From: Candidatus Thalassarchaeaceae archaeon
Lineage (GTDB): Archaea > Thermoplasmatota > Poseidoniia > Poseidoniales > Thalassarchaeaceae
DNA length: 43,119 nucleotides
Assembly (NCBI GenBank): GCA_963694325.1
Contig: CAVOCV010000001.1
Coordinates: 1 to 43,119, forward strand
Direction: 5' to 3'
In this document: positions 42,372 to 43,119 of the stretch, piece by piece
Position numbering within the stretch: the first letter of the stretch is position 1
How the letters are laid out: each line of letters starts with the position of its first letter
Notes under the pieces: model-generated
The model's input: the letters and a program-made list of their open reading frames with translations, nothing else
What the model was told of the DNA's origin: nothing
Database searches by the model: none
Position numbers and translations under genes: made by a program

Positions 42372-42991
42372 GCCCAATCATCGAGAAGACCGACGTCCCC
42401 GCCGATGCGCGGCTGCCGACCGAACACGGTGAATTCCGAATCCGAGTCTTCCACGACGAGACGACCGGATTCGATCACGTCGCCCTCACCCTCGGTGACA
42501 TGGTCGGCCCCGACCCGGTCCTCGTCCGCATGCATTCCGAGTGCCTCACCGGTGACGGATTTGGTTCACTAAGGTGTGATTGTGGGGCGCAGTTGGATGC
42601 AGCACTGCAATCCATTCAGGAACACGGTTGGGGCTGCCTCCTCTACCTGCGCCAAGAGGGTCGGGGCATCGGCCTTCACGCCAAGATTCAGGCCTACAAC
42701 CTCCAGGACAAGGGCGCGGACACCCTCGATGCCAACCTGATGCTCGGCCATCCTGCCGATGCGCGGGATTACGGCATCGCGGCCGACATGCTTCGCGCCG
42801 TCGGCATCCATGACGTCTGCCTCTTGACGAACAACCCCGACAAGGTCGAACAACTTCGAAACCACGGCATCACCGTTTCCGAACAGATGCCGCTCGTCGT
42901 CGGTGTCGGCAAAGACAACCGCGACTATCTCGAAACCAAGGCCCATCGCATGGGCCATGACATCTCCGATGCGGAATTGCAACAAGAGTAA
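42368..42991 (+). CDS. ribA: GTP cyclohydrolase II
   Basis: VRMHSECLTGDGFGSLRCDCGAQLDAAL (Zn-binding Cys triad), plus YLRQEGRGIGL and LLTNNPDK. Its ATG overlaps the tusA-like stop (ATGA). Confidence 0.9.
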   Translation: MSPIIEKTDVPADARLPTEHGEFRIRVFHDETTGFDHVALTLGDMVGPDPVLVRMHSECLTGDGFGSLRCDCGAQLDAALQSIQEHGWGCLLYLRQEGRGIGLHAKIQAYNLQDKGADTLDANLMLGHPADARDYGIAADMLRAVGIHDVCLLTNNPDKVEQLRNHGITVSEQMPLVVGVGKDNRDYLETKAHRMGHDISDAELQQE

Positions 42992-43020
42992 GCAACATCA
43001 GAAGGCGCACTAAGAAGCGA

Positions 43021-43026
43021 TTTTTT
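43021..43026 (+). terminator. Oligo-T tract downstream of ribA (candidate archaeal intrinsic terminator)
   Basis: TTTTTT lies 30 nt after the ribA stop. T-runs are otherwise rare in this GC-rich window. Confidence 0.35.
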
Positions 43027-43119
43027 CAGCGACCGGGACCTGAGAACTGGACTGAGGGCGCAGCCCGAAGGAAGCGCGAAAGTACCCATCGATTAGAGTC
43101 GGTACGGTCGCGGCCCCAT

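Noticed and set aside
43029-43110. tRNA at the right edge, suggested by the 7-bp acceptor-like inverted repeat
   Set aside because: It has no T-loop (TTCRANY) adjacent to the 3' strand and no D-arm GG on either strand. The spacing is incompatible with a cloverleaf.
1-43119. CRISPR arrays, transposases, integrases and prophage genes
   Set aside because: I saw no spaced direct repeats and no DDE, tyrosine or serine recombinase motifs in any long ORF. The only repeats are the TSP3 coding units, the hexamer triplet, the CAGCGCGCG doublet and short hairpins.

Overview
GC-rich (about 55-65% by eye), very compact archaeal chromosome segment. Archaeal markers are the proteasome beta subunit, aCPSF1/FttA, Rpo11/RpoL, aEF-1beta with its Zn-ribbon partner, SepF, and an archaeal-type RNase P RNA. 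It looks like an uncultured marine Euryarchaeota/Thermoplasmatota lineage (MGII/III-like), but I cannot prove that from sequence alone. Housekeeping genes (TrpRS, AsnRS, carbamate kinase, RpiA, RlmE, TruD, a DEAD-box helicase, RibA, tRNA-Pro, tRNA-Lys) are interleaved with a cell-envelope accessory set. That set holds three GT2 glycosyltransferase-type genes, two paralogous RND/MMPL-type exporters, a 1.8k-aa surface protein with a cytoplasmic EF-hand tail, and a surface-anchored SGNH hydrolase with eight thrombospondin-type-3 repeats. It also holds a thioredoxin-like/VKOR disulfide-forming operon and an orphan archaeosortase-like protein. I saw no CRISPR array, transposase, integrase or recognisable defence genes. 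The best candidate for an undescribed system is the minus-strand GT2 - RND exporter - SGNH/TSP3 operon (20.2-27.0 kb), convergent with the giant adhesin. Secondary candidates are the archaeosortase-like gene, a PdaD-like protein lacking the pyruvoyl serine, an inverted copy of the tRNA-Pro 3' end, and a recurring G+C stem/GUA-triloop hairpin in intergenic spacers. All family calls come from motifs read by eye and from memory of family signatures. None was checked by a search.
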